From: Octopus vulgaris
Taxonomy: Eukaryota
DNA: 64,000 bases
Assembly: GCA_951406725.2 (NCBI GenBank)
Contig: OX597817.1
Span: forward strand, 34,596,001 to 34,660,000
Direction of reading: 5' to 3'
Part shown: positions 14,133 through 28,249 of the stretch, in pieces
Numbering within the stretch: position 1 is the first letter of the stretch
Layout: each line of letters starts with the position of its first letter
Program-made: the position numbers and the translations under genes
Notes under the pieces: model-generated
Seen by the model: only the letters and a program-made list of their open reading frames with translations
The model's database searches: none
Told to the model about the DNA's origin: nothing

Positions 14133-14280
14133 TTTTACTTGTTTCAGTCATTAGACTGCGGCCATGCTGGGTCACCATGATCAAGCGAACTGTTCCTAGT
14201 ACTTACTTTTTTTTTCATTAAACCTGGTATTTATTCTATCGGTCTCTTTTGCCAAATCACTAAGTTACGGGGACGTAAAC
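14131..14280 (-). mobile_element. SINE family B 3' fragment
   Basis: Matches the B tail cagcatggccgcagtc..tgactgaaacaagtaaaaga. Confidence 0.75.
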
Positions 14281-16363
14281 TATGTAAGATTCGGGTATGC
14301 AAATCTTGTCAGCAATAATATACAAAAAGTGCAATGTTTCGAAGCAATTGCAGTTGTTTTAAAATAAGGAATGTCGTTAATGCCATTTTCCATCAGTTAT
14401 CTATATATACGTACATTTATAATGCGTGTATATGTATACACACACGCACGCACACAGTCACAAACACACACACGCACATACACACATACACACATACACA
14501 CACACACATATCGATAAAATTCACACAAATAATACAAGTAAGGCGAAGAAGAGACAAGCAAACAATTAATACACTCTATCAGTCAAGCGAAATGCCGTGT
14601 CTGAAAAGACGTAGAAGTATTAAGCGGAAACAACCATCCCAGAAGTGTACAAGGAAGATAAACATGTCAAAGGAAGAAACGGAAGAAAATTTGATGCTTT
14701 GGGTGATATCCTTTATCAAAGAGAAGAAAAGGATTAAAAGACCTTAAAAAGAATTCCAAAATACCACAGTTCCTCTTTTAAGTGAGAAGCGCCGATGACG
14801 CAAAGGGAGGTACATAAGTGACAGGTAATTTTTGTTATGGACAGTGTGCTTGTAGAGGTGATTATTCAAGCCTCCAATAATCTGAGTTTATTTGTTTCAC
14901 AATCATCATTTTTGTGTGTGTGGACAAAATATAGCGCTTTCTCCATTACCTTCTACTTTCAAAAGTAGCATCACTCAATATAATTTCCAGTCATAAAATT
15001 CTAACTATTTTAGAACTTAGTGTCTGTGCAACTCCAGTCAAAAAGACCGCAATCCGGGTTGAGCTATGATCGAAGGTGTTTCGACCATGGTTGTAATATC
15101 TTATTCAGAAACAAACTGTACCCGGAAGAACATTGTTAAGCGTGTGATTGTATGACGGAAGGGTGATTTGAGGAAGATTCGACTGCAATTTCTAGGAGGA
15201 TGAGCGACCACTTAGTGGCTACTTATGGTTTTATCATGAAGAGATTGTTCACATATCAGGATAGAACTCAATTCTTTTTCGACTAGAACTTAAAACGGAT
15301 TTAATTCCAGAAGTAAAACGAGATAAAAATAGCAATAAAATTTCAGACACCGCTCTCCACGACCACTAGCCCTCAAAAATATGTCAATTGAATAATGCTG
15401 ACGATGTTATCAATGAACTGAAATCTGCATTCTCAGCTTTTGCGATGCAACACCATCTAAAAAAGCCTCGCTGCCAGACATCTTTGCCCGCAATGAAAAA
15501 TATTTTCAGCTTACGTATCTGTATGCATATATATAAATTGTATAAGTTGTACGTATCCGATTTCAATTTAAGCTTTCATCTCCTTTCTTCCAACACCACC
15601 ATAGAACCAACCTATAATGTAGTTTATAAACATCTTAATGGAAACCCTATCCTCATTTAATTTAATTATAACACGATAACGGATCCAGCGGAAAATATGC
15701 TTGACAAAACTAACTTTATATTTTGTGGATTCTCTCGTCACTTGTACATTTTCTTTGTTTACTGTGATTCGCTTCTAGAAGTAACTATGGCGCCATCAAT
15801 CTCTTTCCATCTCGAATTTTCGAAAATTAGGTCAAAGCTAGCAGCCAAAGACACCAAACTGTTTTATATTTCTCATTTTTTTTTCTCTTTCGCTGTTTGG
15901 CTTCTTTAATATTTTCATTTGATTTTTATGTCTGTTTATATTTTACAACTTTATTTTGTTCTTGTTTTCTTTCTTTTTTTTTTTTGGTTAAATGTGTATA
16001 TCTTTCTACGTCAACAAATCAATCTACTAGAAGAAATCTTGATATGAAGATCGGGCTACTAGTTACACAGACCAAGCCTCAGATTACGAAAGATTTTGAC
16101 ATGAGGTTAACTTGCATGCAACCTACATACTTTTAAAGATATCAGTCTAGCCTAATTTTTTTTTTCTCGAATACATTGTTGCGATAGGATTAACACAGAC
16201 TTGCAACGACTGGGTATTTCAGCCCCAGGGACTGTTCCTGAAAGAAACTTCAATTATTGTGAAACGAACTTAATTGGTAACAGTACCTCGTTGTAGCGTT
16301 GAAGACCTGTCTTTAAAACACTGAAGTAACCTTTTTCAGTAAGACTGAGATTTCTTCATATGT

Positions 16364-16539
<176 letters not shown>

Positions 16540-16865
16540 ATTTAGCCGATCTCAAAGCATTACACACGCACATATGGTTAGAAACAGACAAATGGATAGT
16601 TATTCTTGATGTTCTATGTTTCCGTTTACTGGACGAGAAACAATAGCAGTTTAAAGAAGAATACTCAATGGTGTAATGTACAATAGACGTATTTTATGCT
16701 TAAAAAGGTGACTTTTACAAAGTAAATTTTATTTCATTCTGACAGACCTGAAGCAGACCTAGAGTAGAGAAGGTATAAGGTCGAGAATGGCGGCGAAAGG
16801 ACTTTGACAAACCTTGCAGATGGATTGAGTGATCGAAATAATGGTTAACTAATTGACTAATAATA

Positions 16866-17443
16866 ATCATTTCTACTATAGGCACAAGACCTGAAAATTT
16901 GGGGGAAGAGGGCTAGTCGATTATATCGACCCCAGTCCGTAACTGGTACTTAATTTATCGACCCCGAAAGGATGAAAGGCAAAGTCGACCTCTGCGGAAT
17001 TTGAACTCAGAACGTAGCGGCAGACGAAATACCTGTTTCTTTACTACCCACAAGGGGCTGAACACAGAGAGGACAAACAAGGACAGACAAACGGATTAAG
17101 TCGATTACATCGACCCCAGTGCGTAACTGGTACTTATTTAATCGACACCGAAAGGATGAAAAGCAAAGTCGACCTCGGTGGAATTTGAACTCAGAACGTA
17201 GCGGCAGACGAAATACCTATTTCTTTACTACCCACAAGGGGCTAAACACAGAGAGGACAAACAAGGACAGACAAAGGGATTAAGTCGATTACATCGACCC
17301 CAGTGCGTAACTGGTACTTAGTTAATCGACACCGAAAGGATGAAAGGCAAAGTCGACCTCAGTGGAATTTGAACTCAGAACGTGGCGGCAGGCGAAATAC
17401 CGCTAAGCATTTCGCCCGGCGTGCTAACGATTCTGCCAGTTCA
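16866..17443 (-). mobile_element. SINE family A, trimeric array (184 bp unit)
   Basis: Core present three times at about 184 bp spacing; only the first unit has the full head. Confidence 0.9.
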
Positions 17444-17830
17444 CTAAAATAATAAAAGAAGGGAAATAGAACTAGTGCCTGTGCTTATTATTGACATGCT
17501 GACCCTCCCGAGATGCAACAAAATTTTATTTCATTGTTCTATATTATTTATAATGGATTCTTTAGCAAGAAAAGATCAAAAATTATAATTTGATAGGGTA
17601 TGAAATTATCGGGAGGAATTAAGGCAGTGAAAATATATGAATTTGTGATGCAGATAAGGGAATAAATTAGGATTTAGTCGTGGCTGGTAAGGACGAGCAA
17701 TGACCTCTATGTTTACTGATCATGATACTTGGATATAAGGGATATAAAGGAGAAGGTACACTGTGTGTTCTCCTTTTAGCCACCATACGAACAATAACAA
17801 TTAAATTTCAAATAAATAAAATAAATAAAT

Positions 17831-17994
17831 AGGAGTAGGAGTGGCTGTGTGGTAAGTAGCTTGCTTATCAACCACATGGTTCCGGGTTCAGTTCCACTGC
17901 GTGGCACCTTGGGCAAGTGTCTTCTACTATAACCTCGGGCCGACCAAAGCCTTGTGAGTGGATTTGGTAGACCGAAACTGAAAGAAGCCCGTCG

Positions 17995-18028
<34 letters not shown>

Positions 18029-18074
18029 TGTATGTATGTATGTATGTATGTATGTATGTATGTATGTATGTATG

Positions 18075-18105
<31 letters not shown>

Positions 18106-18342
18106 GTGTGTGTGTATATGTTTGTGTGTCTGTGTTTGTTGCCCCAACATCGCTTGACAACCGATGCTGGTGTGCTTACGTCCCCGTAACATTAGCGGTT
18201 CAGCAAAAGAGACCGATAGAATAAGTACTAGGCTTACAAAGAATAAGTCCTGGGGTCGATTTGCTCGACTAAAGGCGGTGCCCCAGCATGGTCACAGTCA
18301 AATGACTGAAACAAGTAAAAGAGTAAAAGCGAGTAAAGAGTA
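17831..18342 (+). mobile_element. SINE family B, full length, internal (TATG)n
   Basis: Head gtggctgtgtggtaag..ccgggttcagttcc; CORE-like caccttgggcaagtgtctt; (GTAAAAGA)n tail. Confidence 0.9.
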
Positions 18343-18796
18343 ACTAAAAATAATGCTCTTAAATAATTGCATTTAGTCCACTCATTAATTTATTAATCTA
18401 TTAATTAACTAAAGCTCTTCCTCTTGCGACTGAAATACTAATTTAGAAATTTATGGATCAGTTTATATTTTCATTTGTGAACTTATTAATTTACAAATTG
18501 ATTTTGGTTTTTCTTTAGTAGTTGTTTGAAATAGTCACTCTCCCACTTACTCCCTCCCTACCACATCTCCATATGTCGTGACCGGTTAACATATAGGACA
18601 CTTCCCGTCACTTCCAGCCACGCCTACAACTCACTAAATAGTATCAGATATTCGTACGTTCCCTACTTCAATTTAACTACCCACTCACTACCCACTCTAT
18701 CGAAGTGATTTCTCATACTATCTACTTTTTTAAATGAATTCTGTGGAAGCAATAAAATTGGCTTGTACATATATATATATACATACCTATCATACA

Positions 18797-19180
18797 TCTA
18801 TTATATAAAATCCGTTCTGTCTGTGTGTGTGTGTGTCTTCTGGGATCTCGGGCATCCTCCATCCGATTGCGCTCAAATTTGATATGTAGATACCGACGGT
18901 ATCAGGGCGTGTATAAGTCTTGAAAAAATTACAAAAATCGATTCCAAGTGAGAATGCGATCGATAAAGCCGTGAGAACGTGCTTGTCTTCCGTCAACCTG
19001 TACATAACTGCGCCTTCCATTTTTTGTTGTTTCTGAAGTGCTTACAAGCACGTTTCTTTCCTGCCAAGCTTACTGTTTAAACCATGTTTGTGTTCTCCCA
19101 GTCAACAGCCTTAACATTATTGGTACTTTAAACTCTTCGGTTGCATACTTGTGTGAATAAAATCGTTTTTCTTTGGAATA
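18797..19180 (+). mobile_element. Helitron-like non-autonomous fragment
   Basis: A|TCTATTATATAAAAT start followed by ctgtctgtgtg and ccgattgcgctcaaattt, the same style as 24262; no CTAG end found. Confidence 0.45.
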
Positions 19181-19451
19181 GAAAAAAAGCCTATCTTTCT
19201 TTCTTCTTTTGCTGGTGTCTCAAATTTAGGTTAAATCAGTGCTTCTCAAAGGGGAGGCCTATGGGACAGTCGGACAAGTTGTTTTGAGAAAATTTGGTTT
19301 AAATGTTTGGCAACTCAGCACCGTCCATTGGACGTACATATATACTGATTTCTCATACTATCTGCTTTTTTTAATGAATTATGTAGAAGAAATAAAATTG
19401 GCTTGTACCACCTATGATACATACATATATATACTTACATGCATATCAATA

Positions 19452-19567
<116 letters not shown>

Positions 19568-19940
19568 TGTATTTGTGATTTGGTGCTTATGGGCGATAAA
19601 CAACCACAAATTTTGGAGTTAAATTTATAACATTAGATTAAGTTTCGAAATTTCTCAACTTCAATGCAATACCATGTAGAATGTTGGAAATAACTTGTAA
19701 TCGGTTATACAGAATGTAGAGAGCAAAATATATGTGGAAAGTAGAATTCTAACAATACCAATAAAATTTTAAATATTCACTTCTTACAGCAGTTTTAGTA
19801 ATCTACACTCATGATCACAATTATATAATTATTTAACAATAAATTAATAATGAAATTTGATACTTTGATGTACACTGAATGTCACCTGGAAACTTAGCTT
19901 TAATCAAAAATACAGACACACATACATATACAAAGTGCTC

Positions 19941-20215
19941 ATGATGAGGAATTTTTTCCCAACCAAGCTCTTCGATCTTCTGTGATGTGATCTTTGCAGT
20001 GAGGGGTCGCACATTTTTCTGATGAAACATCACTTCTTTTCGATTCACTAAAGCGGGTCTTTTTTTTCTTCAAAGCTTGGCTCAAACGCTCTAATTGCTG
20101 ACAGTAAACTTGAGCATTGATTGTTGTATTAGGCCTTAACAATTCAAAGTGAATTACTCCTTTGCAATCTTACCAAATAGAGAGAAGAACCTTTTTCCAT
20201 GAAGTTCCCTTCTCG
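19941..20215 (-). mobile_element. Internal fragment of the same mariner family
   Basis: High similarity to about 13074-13345 (ITSQKIEELGWEKIPH; VYCQQLERL). Confidence 0.9.
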
Positions 20216-20234
20216 ATTGTGGTTAATATGAAGG

Positions 20235-20750
20235 ATGATACTATAGGAGTCACAGGTCGCTGCTCCATGTGGTCCCGCAGTCTCCATCTTACTAGGAATA
20301 TCAGGGTCTCATCCATTGTCTTGTATTCAAGATCCTCTGTATGACATCCTGCTAGTTCAAAACCAGGAATCTGATCTATTAGGTCCTGCCAGTAACTAAA
20401 TCTACGCCCTGCCGCCGACGCTTCGATTTATAGTCGTTAAGGTTTTGTCTGTCTCCTACTCTTCCTACCTGTCTGGCTTGGTAAGACCTGCCTGAAGATT
20501 TCTCTCCCTCCAGCATAGCTCTCCGAGTCAATTGAGCACACTGGCACTTCAACGTGAGAGGGTACGTGTTGAATTGGCCGTTGACCACACAGTAGTTCTT
20601 CCGCCCTTTGACGAGTCTTTTTTATTTTTCGCCCCGCAGGGTGTCCAGCAATCACCCTTCTCACCAAGCAAGCTTGATGGGGTTACCAGTTTAGTCGCCG
20701 ACGACCCGACCATGCAACAGGTTGTACTGGGTTACATGTTACCAATAGCG
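20235..20750 (-). mobile_element. Probable internally deleted RTE-clade element
   Basis: GC-richer block with tgtgctcaattgactcggagagctatgctgg..ggtcttaccaagccagacagg, resembling RTE/Rex3 5' UTRs (recalled, not searched). Confidence 0.45.
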
Positions 20751-23558
20751 CTCAAGAACGCGCGCTCGCACACACACACATACACTCACATATTTATTTA
20801 TTCTCATATCTATATGTTTATTTCGGAATCACGGGGTCCTGCGTTCGATCCCATTTCACGAAGTATTGGACAAGTGTTTCGTACCATACTCTCGGGTTGT
20901 CCCAAGCTTTGAGTGATATTGGCAAGACAGAAACTAGGAAACTATGTGGAAGTCTGTGGGATGGACATTAGTTATAACTCAAAATGCAACTTTGTAATAA
21001 ACAGCCACATTGCTTCTTATTGGAGTTTACATCACGGCTATCTCAAACTATGGAATACTCAGCCATGTATATGCTGATACGCTGATCAGGTAGTTTAGTT
21101 CATCGAGCAAGTAGAATAATGCTCGTTGAAGCCGACGGAGGAACCATTTACAATATAAATATATGTTTCCTACTCTTCTATATTAAACCCAAACTAAGCA
21201 TTAACATAGACAATTTTCTTATCAGTTATCAATTACGCTATATGGGTCAATGAGCGTTTGGATAAATTATGTTTGATACATGCTTCATTTAATTAGGGAA
21301 CTAGATTCCTTACTGAAAGTTTATCTGGGAAATGTCTGTTCTACAGAGTAAATCTTCTACTACAAAACATCCGTGAATCATTGATCGTAGAAAGATAACC
21401 GGGTCAACAAACTCCCACTGATATGATTTGTGACTTGATCAGAGTATTAACAGTGCACATCTATCTTGGTACTGAGCCGGTAATTGAACTAAGACAGTTG
21501 CGAGATTTAGAGAAATACTTGATCAACACTTGATGAATGCTTGATTAAAGTCCGGATCAGACCGTTGATCTAGAAACTTTTCAGCCTATTGAAGTTTGAT
21601 TAATATTAAATTCAAATTAATCACGATTCAGAGAAAAATGTTGAGATACGAGCTTGCTAAGACAACGAAAGAGATAGGAAGAAAATTGTTTATCAGTGGC
21701 CGGTCAACCTCCAAAAAATTACAAGCAAATTTTCTTCAAATCACACCTTACTACCTTAAAAATAACGTACACGTTAGATAATGTTGTGCTAAATACTTTA
21801 TTCTTGACAAAAAGATATTGAGATATTAAGATATTAATGTATTTGATCCGGACTCTTAACGATGATACAGACAGAACATATGAAGCAGTTGATCAAGATA
21901 TCCGAATCTACAACTGGTCAAGACAAATATGACCAGAAGGATAAAGATATTTGTTCAGAATATGAGGGCAGAAACACGGCACAGGCATGGCTAAATAGTT
22001 GTAAAGATCGTCAAGAAAATCTAATTACTAGAGCTTTTTTTAACGAAGTCCCATATTGTATTTATTCTGCACAGAGTTGCAGCCACTCCGTTGGCACTAT
22101 CGTCTTGCGAAATGTAGTGAACCATGTTTGATTTTTTTTTAAAAACCTGTGACCAACATCATAACTTGTTGATATGTGCCTGCATGCGTGGAGGGAGGGG
22201 GGAAAATTTTGTAACGGAGTATTCGAGACAGTTTATTTAAGTATATTCTGACTAATGGTATAATGTTCCCCCAGCTGCAATATAAATATATAAATGAATA
22301 AATAACATGACTAAAAGACTTGGTGCATGTAAGATATTACCGTAGAATAGTGAATAAGGAATTTTGGGTCCTTAGCCATGGGATAGTTGATCAAGGGGTT
22401 TAATATGGTACTGCAACAATTAGCTCCAGCTATTAACCAGGACGCTGACTAGTAAGACACTAATTCATTTGACCGAAAAATGTCACTATTTGTTATTTAT
22501 CTGTAATACAAGGAACATTATACCATTAGTAAGAATATGCTTACATAAGCTGTCTCAAATACTCCGCCACTCAATCCCCCCCCACACACACACGCACATA
22601 TCAACAAGTTTTACATGATTTATTTAAAAATGACAGTGACTCGCTTATTACAAACACACCCACATACATTAAGTCACTCATTGCAAGCACAAATATACAA
22701 TGTAACACTATGGAATTTTATCCAACCGTTTTCACATTCGAATACCAATAATACGGTGAGGTTTTGCTACTGAACTGTATGTACTCAAAGATTTTCCGGG
22801 CCAAGTCACGTTTCGATTGTTCCTATATACGTAACACTGAAAGAAAACCAGTCTATCCTACCTAGAACAGACACCAACATCCTACTACACCAGAGACCTT
22901 TACATGTGATACTACATTGAGACTTTCAAATATTTTAAAACCAATATGCTGTTTAATATTTGTCATTTTCCAGTTTCATTTCCGACGTACTCAAACTATT
23001 CAAATTACTATTACAATTTTAATATATCCACAGGAGTTTGCTGAGTGTCAATACGTTTCGATGCCGTGGGGACTAGGGAAAAACTGACATTTCAGTCAAT
23101 TGTCCTTCAACAGAAATGTAATGTTCAAGTAATGCCTGTAAGTTTTGCACGAGGCCATATATTAGTAGGAGCGGCGTTTGGTGATTGGTACGACTCAGTA
23201 CTTTATAGTGAAACATAACTAAATACAACGAGACGTTTAGCCCGGTATAAATCATGATCTCCCGATATTTTTAAAAAGTCTAGAACCCTTCACTAGTTCT
23301 AAGTAGTTGCATTTATTTTAACTTAAGGATAGATCTATTGAAGGCCTTCCAAAGTCCGTTGAGACATGTGCTATCGGCTCATCTAATGTTCTTTGATCAG
23401 TGAGATCAGTGCAAGAGAGGGTTACCAAGAGAGGCTTATGCGGACGTCTGTTATAAACATCATAAATCAAATGCAAGTTGTTGGCTGAAGTAGTTAAATT
23501 CATAATATATGCAAACGATAAACTTAAAACTTAAAATACTGAAGAACTCTCAATATTT

Positions 23559-23710
23559 AAGGCGGTGAGTTGGCAGAATCGTTAGCACGTCGGACAAAAT
23601 GCCAAGCGGCATTTCGTTCACGTTTTGAGTTCGAATTCTGTCGAGTTTGACTTTGCCTTTCATCCCTTTCGGGGTCAATAGAAAGTAGTATTTGAGCACT
23701 GGGGTCGAAG
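23559..23710 (+). mobile_element. SINE family A, diverged
   Basis: Head and core recognisable. Confidence 0.75.
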
Positions 23711-24261
23711 CAAATTTTGAAGCCAATTTGCATCAAGTATTAAATTCATTTTACAATTTATTAAATTTTTTTCAATATTTTCGTTTTAGAATCCACCAAT
23801 AATTTTAATATTATTCTTACTTTTCTTATTTTACTATTTTTTTTTAACAGTAGCAAAGAAAACTTTTTAACACACTAATATTTGTAATTGCATGACATTT
23901 GTGTTTATACTCATTAGAAGACTAATTTCTGCACGAAAAATTCAGTGAAAGTTGAAAATTAAAATAATGTGGAAAACTTGCTTCAGGGAAAGTAAATCTG
24001 GGCTGGGGGGTTGGGGGTGCAACAGTAGTTTTAAGCATTAGAAAATCACTAATTGATAGCATCTCAACTGACATTCTTACGTACAACAAAACCTGTAGTT
24101 GCTACTTTAAGGAAGTTGTTTAAAACAGGTTCATTGTAATTCTATAGAAATATTTTAACATTTTAATATTTTAAGTCTGTGGTGAAAATTTCTAGAAAAC
24201 AACTTGAGAAAATTATTTACATTCATTCTTCCGATAAATAATAATCTGTTATTTTATATAA

Positions 24262-24560
24262 TCTTTATATATAAAAGTGAAATTGTGTGTCTGTCTCCTA
24301 CGATTTAGATTCCTAACTACTCCCACATTTTGCGGTGCAGTTTAACCAAAAGCGGGTATCTTATAGTCGTGATTCATATCGAGCCCTTCTGGGTATTAGC
24401 GCGCGCCTACGATGAGTCTACGATTTAAAAAAAAAATCACCATAATTTTTTCCCAATTTTAATGCATTTTTTTGTTATTATATAAGGGAAGTAACTCTCT
24501 AAAAATGCTTATATAGTTATTTCCCTTACAAACCCGAGCAACGCCGAGCGATACTGCTAG
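24262..24560 (+). mobile_element. Non-autonomous Helitron
   Basis: A|TC start; subterminal GC-rich hairpin-like cccgagcaacgccgag; CTAG|T end; no TSD; second copy at 62786-63178. Confidence 0.85.
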
Positions 24561-24766
24561 TAGTATATAATACACAAACACGATATGAGTATGTTACTTT
24601 TATCCTGTAATTACATTTCCTTAAACACACACACACACACACACACACACATATGTTTTGTGTACGTATGTATGTATGCATGTATGTACGTTTTATGTAT
24701 GTATGTGTAGCAGGGCCTTTAATATTTAATAAAAAAAACTAAAAAGTAAATCCGGTAATAATTTTT

Positions 24767-24955
24767 AATACAGACACAAGGACAGAAATTTTGAAGGAAG
24801 GGGTTAGGTGATTAAATCGACCCCTTCACTAATACCTTGTTTTATCAAACCCCAGAAGAATCAAAGGCGAATTTGACTCCGGTGGGATTTAAAGTCTGGA
24901 TGTAAAGACCCGGAACACTTGTTTCAAAGTATTTTAATGATGCGCTAACGATTAT
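24767..24955 (-). mobile_element. SINE family A, highly diverged
   Basis: Decayed core and tail. Confidence 0.55.
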
Positions 24956-24962
24956 AGCAATC

Positions 24963-24984
24963 AATAATAATAATGATGATAATG

Positions 24985-25061
<77 letters not shown>
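24963..25061. repeat. (AAT)n microsatellite
   Basis: Simple repeat read directly. Confidence 0.95.
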
Positions 25062-27908
25062 CTGTTTATTTTATTTGCTAGCAAAATCCATTCATTGATT
25101 GCAACAGTATGTTGTAAGACATGTGGAGATGTTATATAAACACGAGCAGTGGAGCAAAAACATTGTACAAATTATAATTAAGATATTTTTATAATTGAGA
25201 TAAAAGCACAAGTAAATAAAAGACACAAATATAAACCAAAATAAATATAAAATAAAGGCAACTAATGCATGGATAAGATTATTACTCCCGGCAATTTGCA
25301 TAAGAGTGAGCACTGTTGGAAATTACATTACATACGGTCGGAAAAACTAGTCTTGCTAGGTGTAACACATCTTATGAAGGACACCTCAGAACAATGACAC
25401 AACTCATTTTCTACACACAACGCATACCCTATGCAGCAGGCATTTGATACCGTTTTCTGTACCGCGGTGCCATTCTCCTCATGAAGTTTGGTACATTTCA
25501 AGCTTTATGTTCTTTACCAGACAATCCTTTGAAACCACACACATGATCTTACACCATGCTGAGAAGTGTTTCTACTTCATTTACTTCCACTAACCTTCTG
25601 ATCTCATAGTGGAAGATTTCAAATTTGTCTAATCAATCTACAATGTGTATAATTATTGATAAGACGTCAATAAATTATTTTGAAAGTGGATGAGAGATGT
25701 TCATGCATTATTGAGAGAAAACAACTTGATGTTTTGTAAAATAATATAAACAAGAAAAATAACCTACTAGATCGGTTTTCACCCAAACCACGGCTTTAAA
25801 GTCGATGACAGATACTAAGAAAATAAATTACAGATTTCTCTGGTTTTATTTTCGCCGTTACGCTTCAATTTAGAATTACATTGGCTCGTGTACCATGACA
25901 ATGAGAAGAATTAAAGAAGCAATCAAATAGAGAATGAATCAATAAATCCAGTGTGTGAAAATATATTTAATCTGGTTTTTAAGAATGTTTTTTCTTCTTC
26001 TTATAAACATAGTATGTAGAGTGGCGAAATAAGAGAGGGATCTACACAGTCGCTTGACATGTTAGAAATAGTTATAAATATGTTGACCTATGTTGTAACT
26101 CAAGTAAAATAATAAAATCCGAAAAAGGAAGTGGTAAAGAACCTGTCAAGCAGAGGCCATGATGTGTTTTCGATTCCTGGCTCAACTCACTTCATTCGAC
26201 CTAGGCATAATGTTTCTTGAAAAGGCATGAACATTACAGCTTCTCATACTTTCCCTGAAATATATAATTCATTTGCCCAGTTAATAGAATTCAATAGTTA
26301 AGCTAATGTTGACGTACTTTATGCAAGAAGCATTAAAAAGCGAACTGGAAATAACCTCTGAGCTGAAGCGAAGAATTTATTGCGTCATTTCAAGTTCCGC
26401 TGGGTTATTCATGGAGAGATTCGTTTAAGGAATTCAGCTTTTTGAAGTATTTTTAAAGAAATTATGCAATCGAAATTAACAAAATTAAATGGCCATGGAT
26501 AAAAGACATTGAAGATTGAAAGAATTAGTAATTAGTAGTCTTGCAAATTATTTGACTACCATACGATTATACGTGTTACATTTTTTATACATCATCGGAA
26601 AGACTATTCCATATCTACTACTGTATCTTTTTATCCCCTAACATCTTTACAACGATTTTCATTCCTTTCGTTTCTCGAGTATTTTCATGAGAAAGTATAG
26701 CCTCGTAACAATTTGGTTGAGTAAATGAAATACTATGACTTCAGTTGGGAATCGAAACCATTTCTTAGTCACATTTAGAATGAGTCATATCTCTGTACTT
26801 TACAGCAACACTTTGCCTGAATATCGTATTCCGACTTAAACACAAAGACTCACAAGCAAAAGAATAAGTTGATATAGGTTGATAACTATTCCCCCAAAAT
26901 AGTAGAGGAGTGTGTTCTACAAAGAACTGACAAGGGGTTGCTGAACCAGCATACCAGGAACTTATCTTTATTTTGAAGTGTTTAGCACGTTATGCTATGA
27001 GTGCATTTCTGATATTACAAATGAACTTTACAAAAGTGGCTTTTACAGGATAAAGTAAGACTAGCAGTAAACATGTGCATAAGTGTCTGTTACAGTATTT
27101 GAAAAGAATCTTTTTTTTTTAACCAAGAGTAGTAAACTTTTAAATTCAAGAAGTATAAAAAAAGAACACCAGCCATGTTTACTGATAGTCATATGATTTG
27201 CAACCAAAGACAAAACGAGTAAGTCTGATCAACCGACTGATTGCTGAATCAAAATAACTGCATAGGCACTAAGAATAAAGACAGTAAGATGAATAGATAA
27301 ATAATAACAGCAAAATGAATAGATAAATAAATATATGAATGGATGAATGAATATAAAATAAAATGAATTAAAAAAATAAACTCTTTGCCCTTGAATACGA
27401 TTCTATGATCGGGAAACATGTAAACGCCTATTAATTGTTACAGTACATTGAATAAATTACATTTCAGGGCGTTGTACTCTCTTCCAGATATCAAATATTC
27501 ATCTCTGCTTTACACCAGATTCTATCTAAAGTTCACTGCTTACATTTTTATTTATATTTGATGATTACCGCCTACTGGAGCCTTATAAATGTGTCAGGGG
27601 TGAAATTATAGACGACAACAAGTAGCTGAGCAGAAGGAATGTCATAGTTCTATATCCAAAAGCCTGCGCAACACATGTCAGAATTTGTAAACGGGGAGCC
27701 TCTACGAGGTCACTCGGATTACTGGAAATGACAACCAAACATCCTTCAAATCACACATGACTATCTTAGAAATAGTATATCTGAAATAACAGTTACGATG
27801 AGCACAGCTGGAATGTCTTTTGCTGAACCGCTATGTTACAGGGACATAAACACACCATCATCGGTTGTCAAGCGATGGGGGCGGGGATAAACACAAACAC
27901 AAGAACAC

Positions 27909-27965
<57 letters not shown>

Positions 27966-28114
27966 ATATATATATATATAGTTCAAAAAAGATTAGAGAT
28001 CTATACAAATCAATTTTTTATAGAGGGAGGTGGAAATAGCACAGAAGTAAATCTAAGACATTTCAATTTAAGAAAGAATTTAATAAAAACGATTTCAAAA
28101 ATCATATGTAGAAA

Positions 28115-28155
28115 ATATTACCGGTTTCGATGATGAATCTCATCTTATCAAATAT
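28115..28155 (-). ncRNA. Decayed minimal hammerhead-like motif
   Basis: atat-TTGATAA-gatga[gattca]tcatc-GAAA-ccgg-TA-atat; two core transitions relative to CTGATGA. Confidence 0.45.
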
Positions 28156-28163
28156 CAGTAAAA

Positions 28164-28239
<76 letters not shown>

Positions 28240-28249
28240 GGAAAAGTAA

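Noticed and set aside
14540-14830. Purine-rich stretch ending in cag|gtaatt (similar donor at about 28960)
   Set aside because: A donor-like site alone, with no recognisable protein or acceptor.
23290-23500. Possible RT remnant on the minus strand
   Set aside because: Only a vague KAF-like motif; insufficient evidence.
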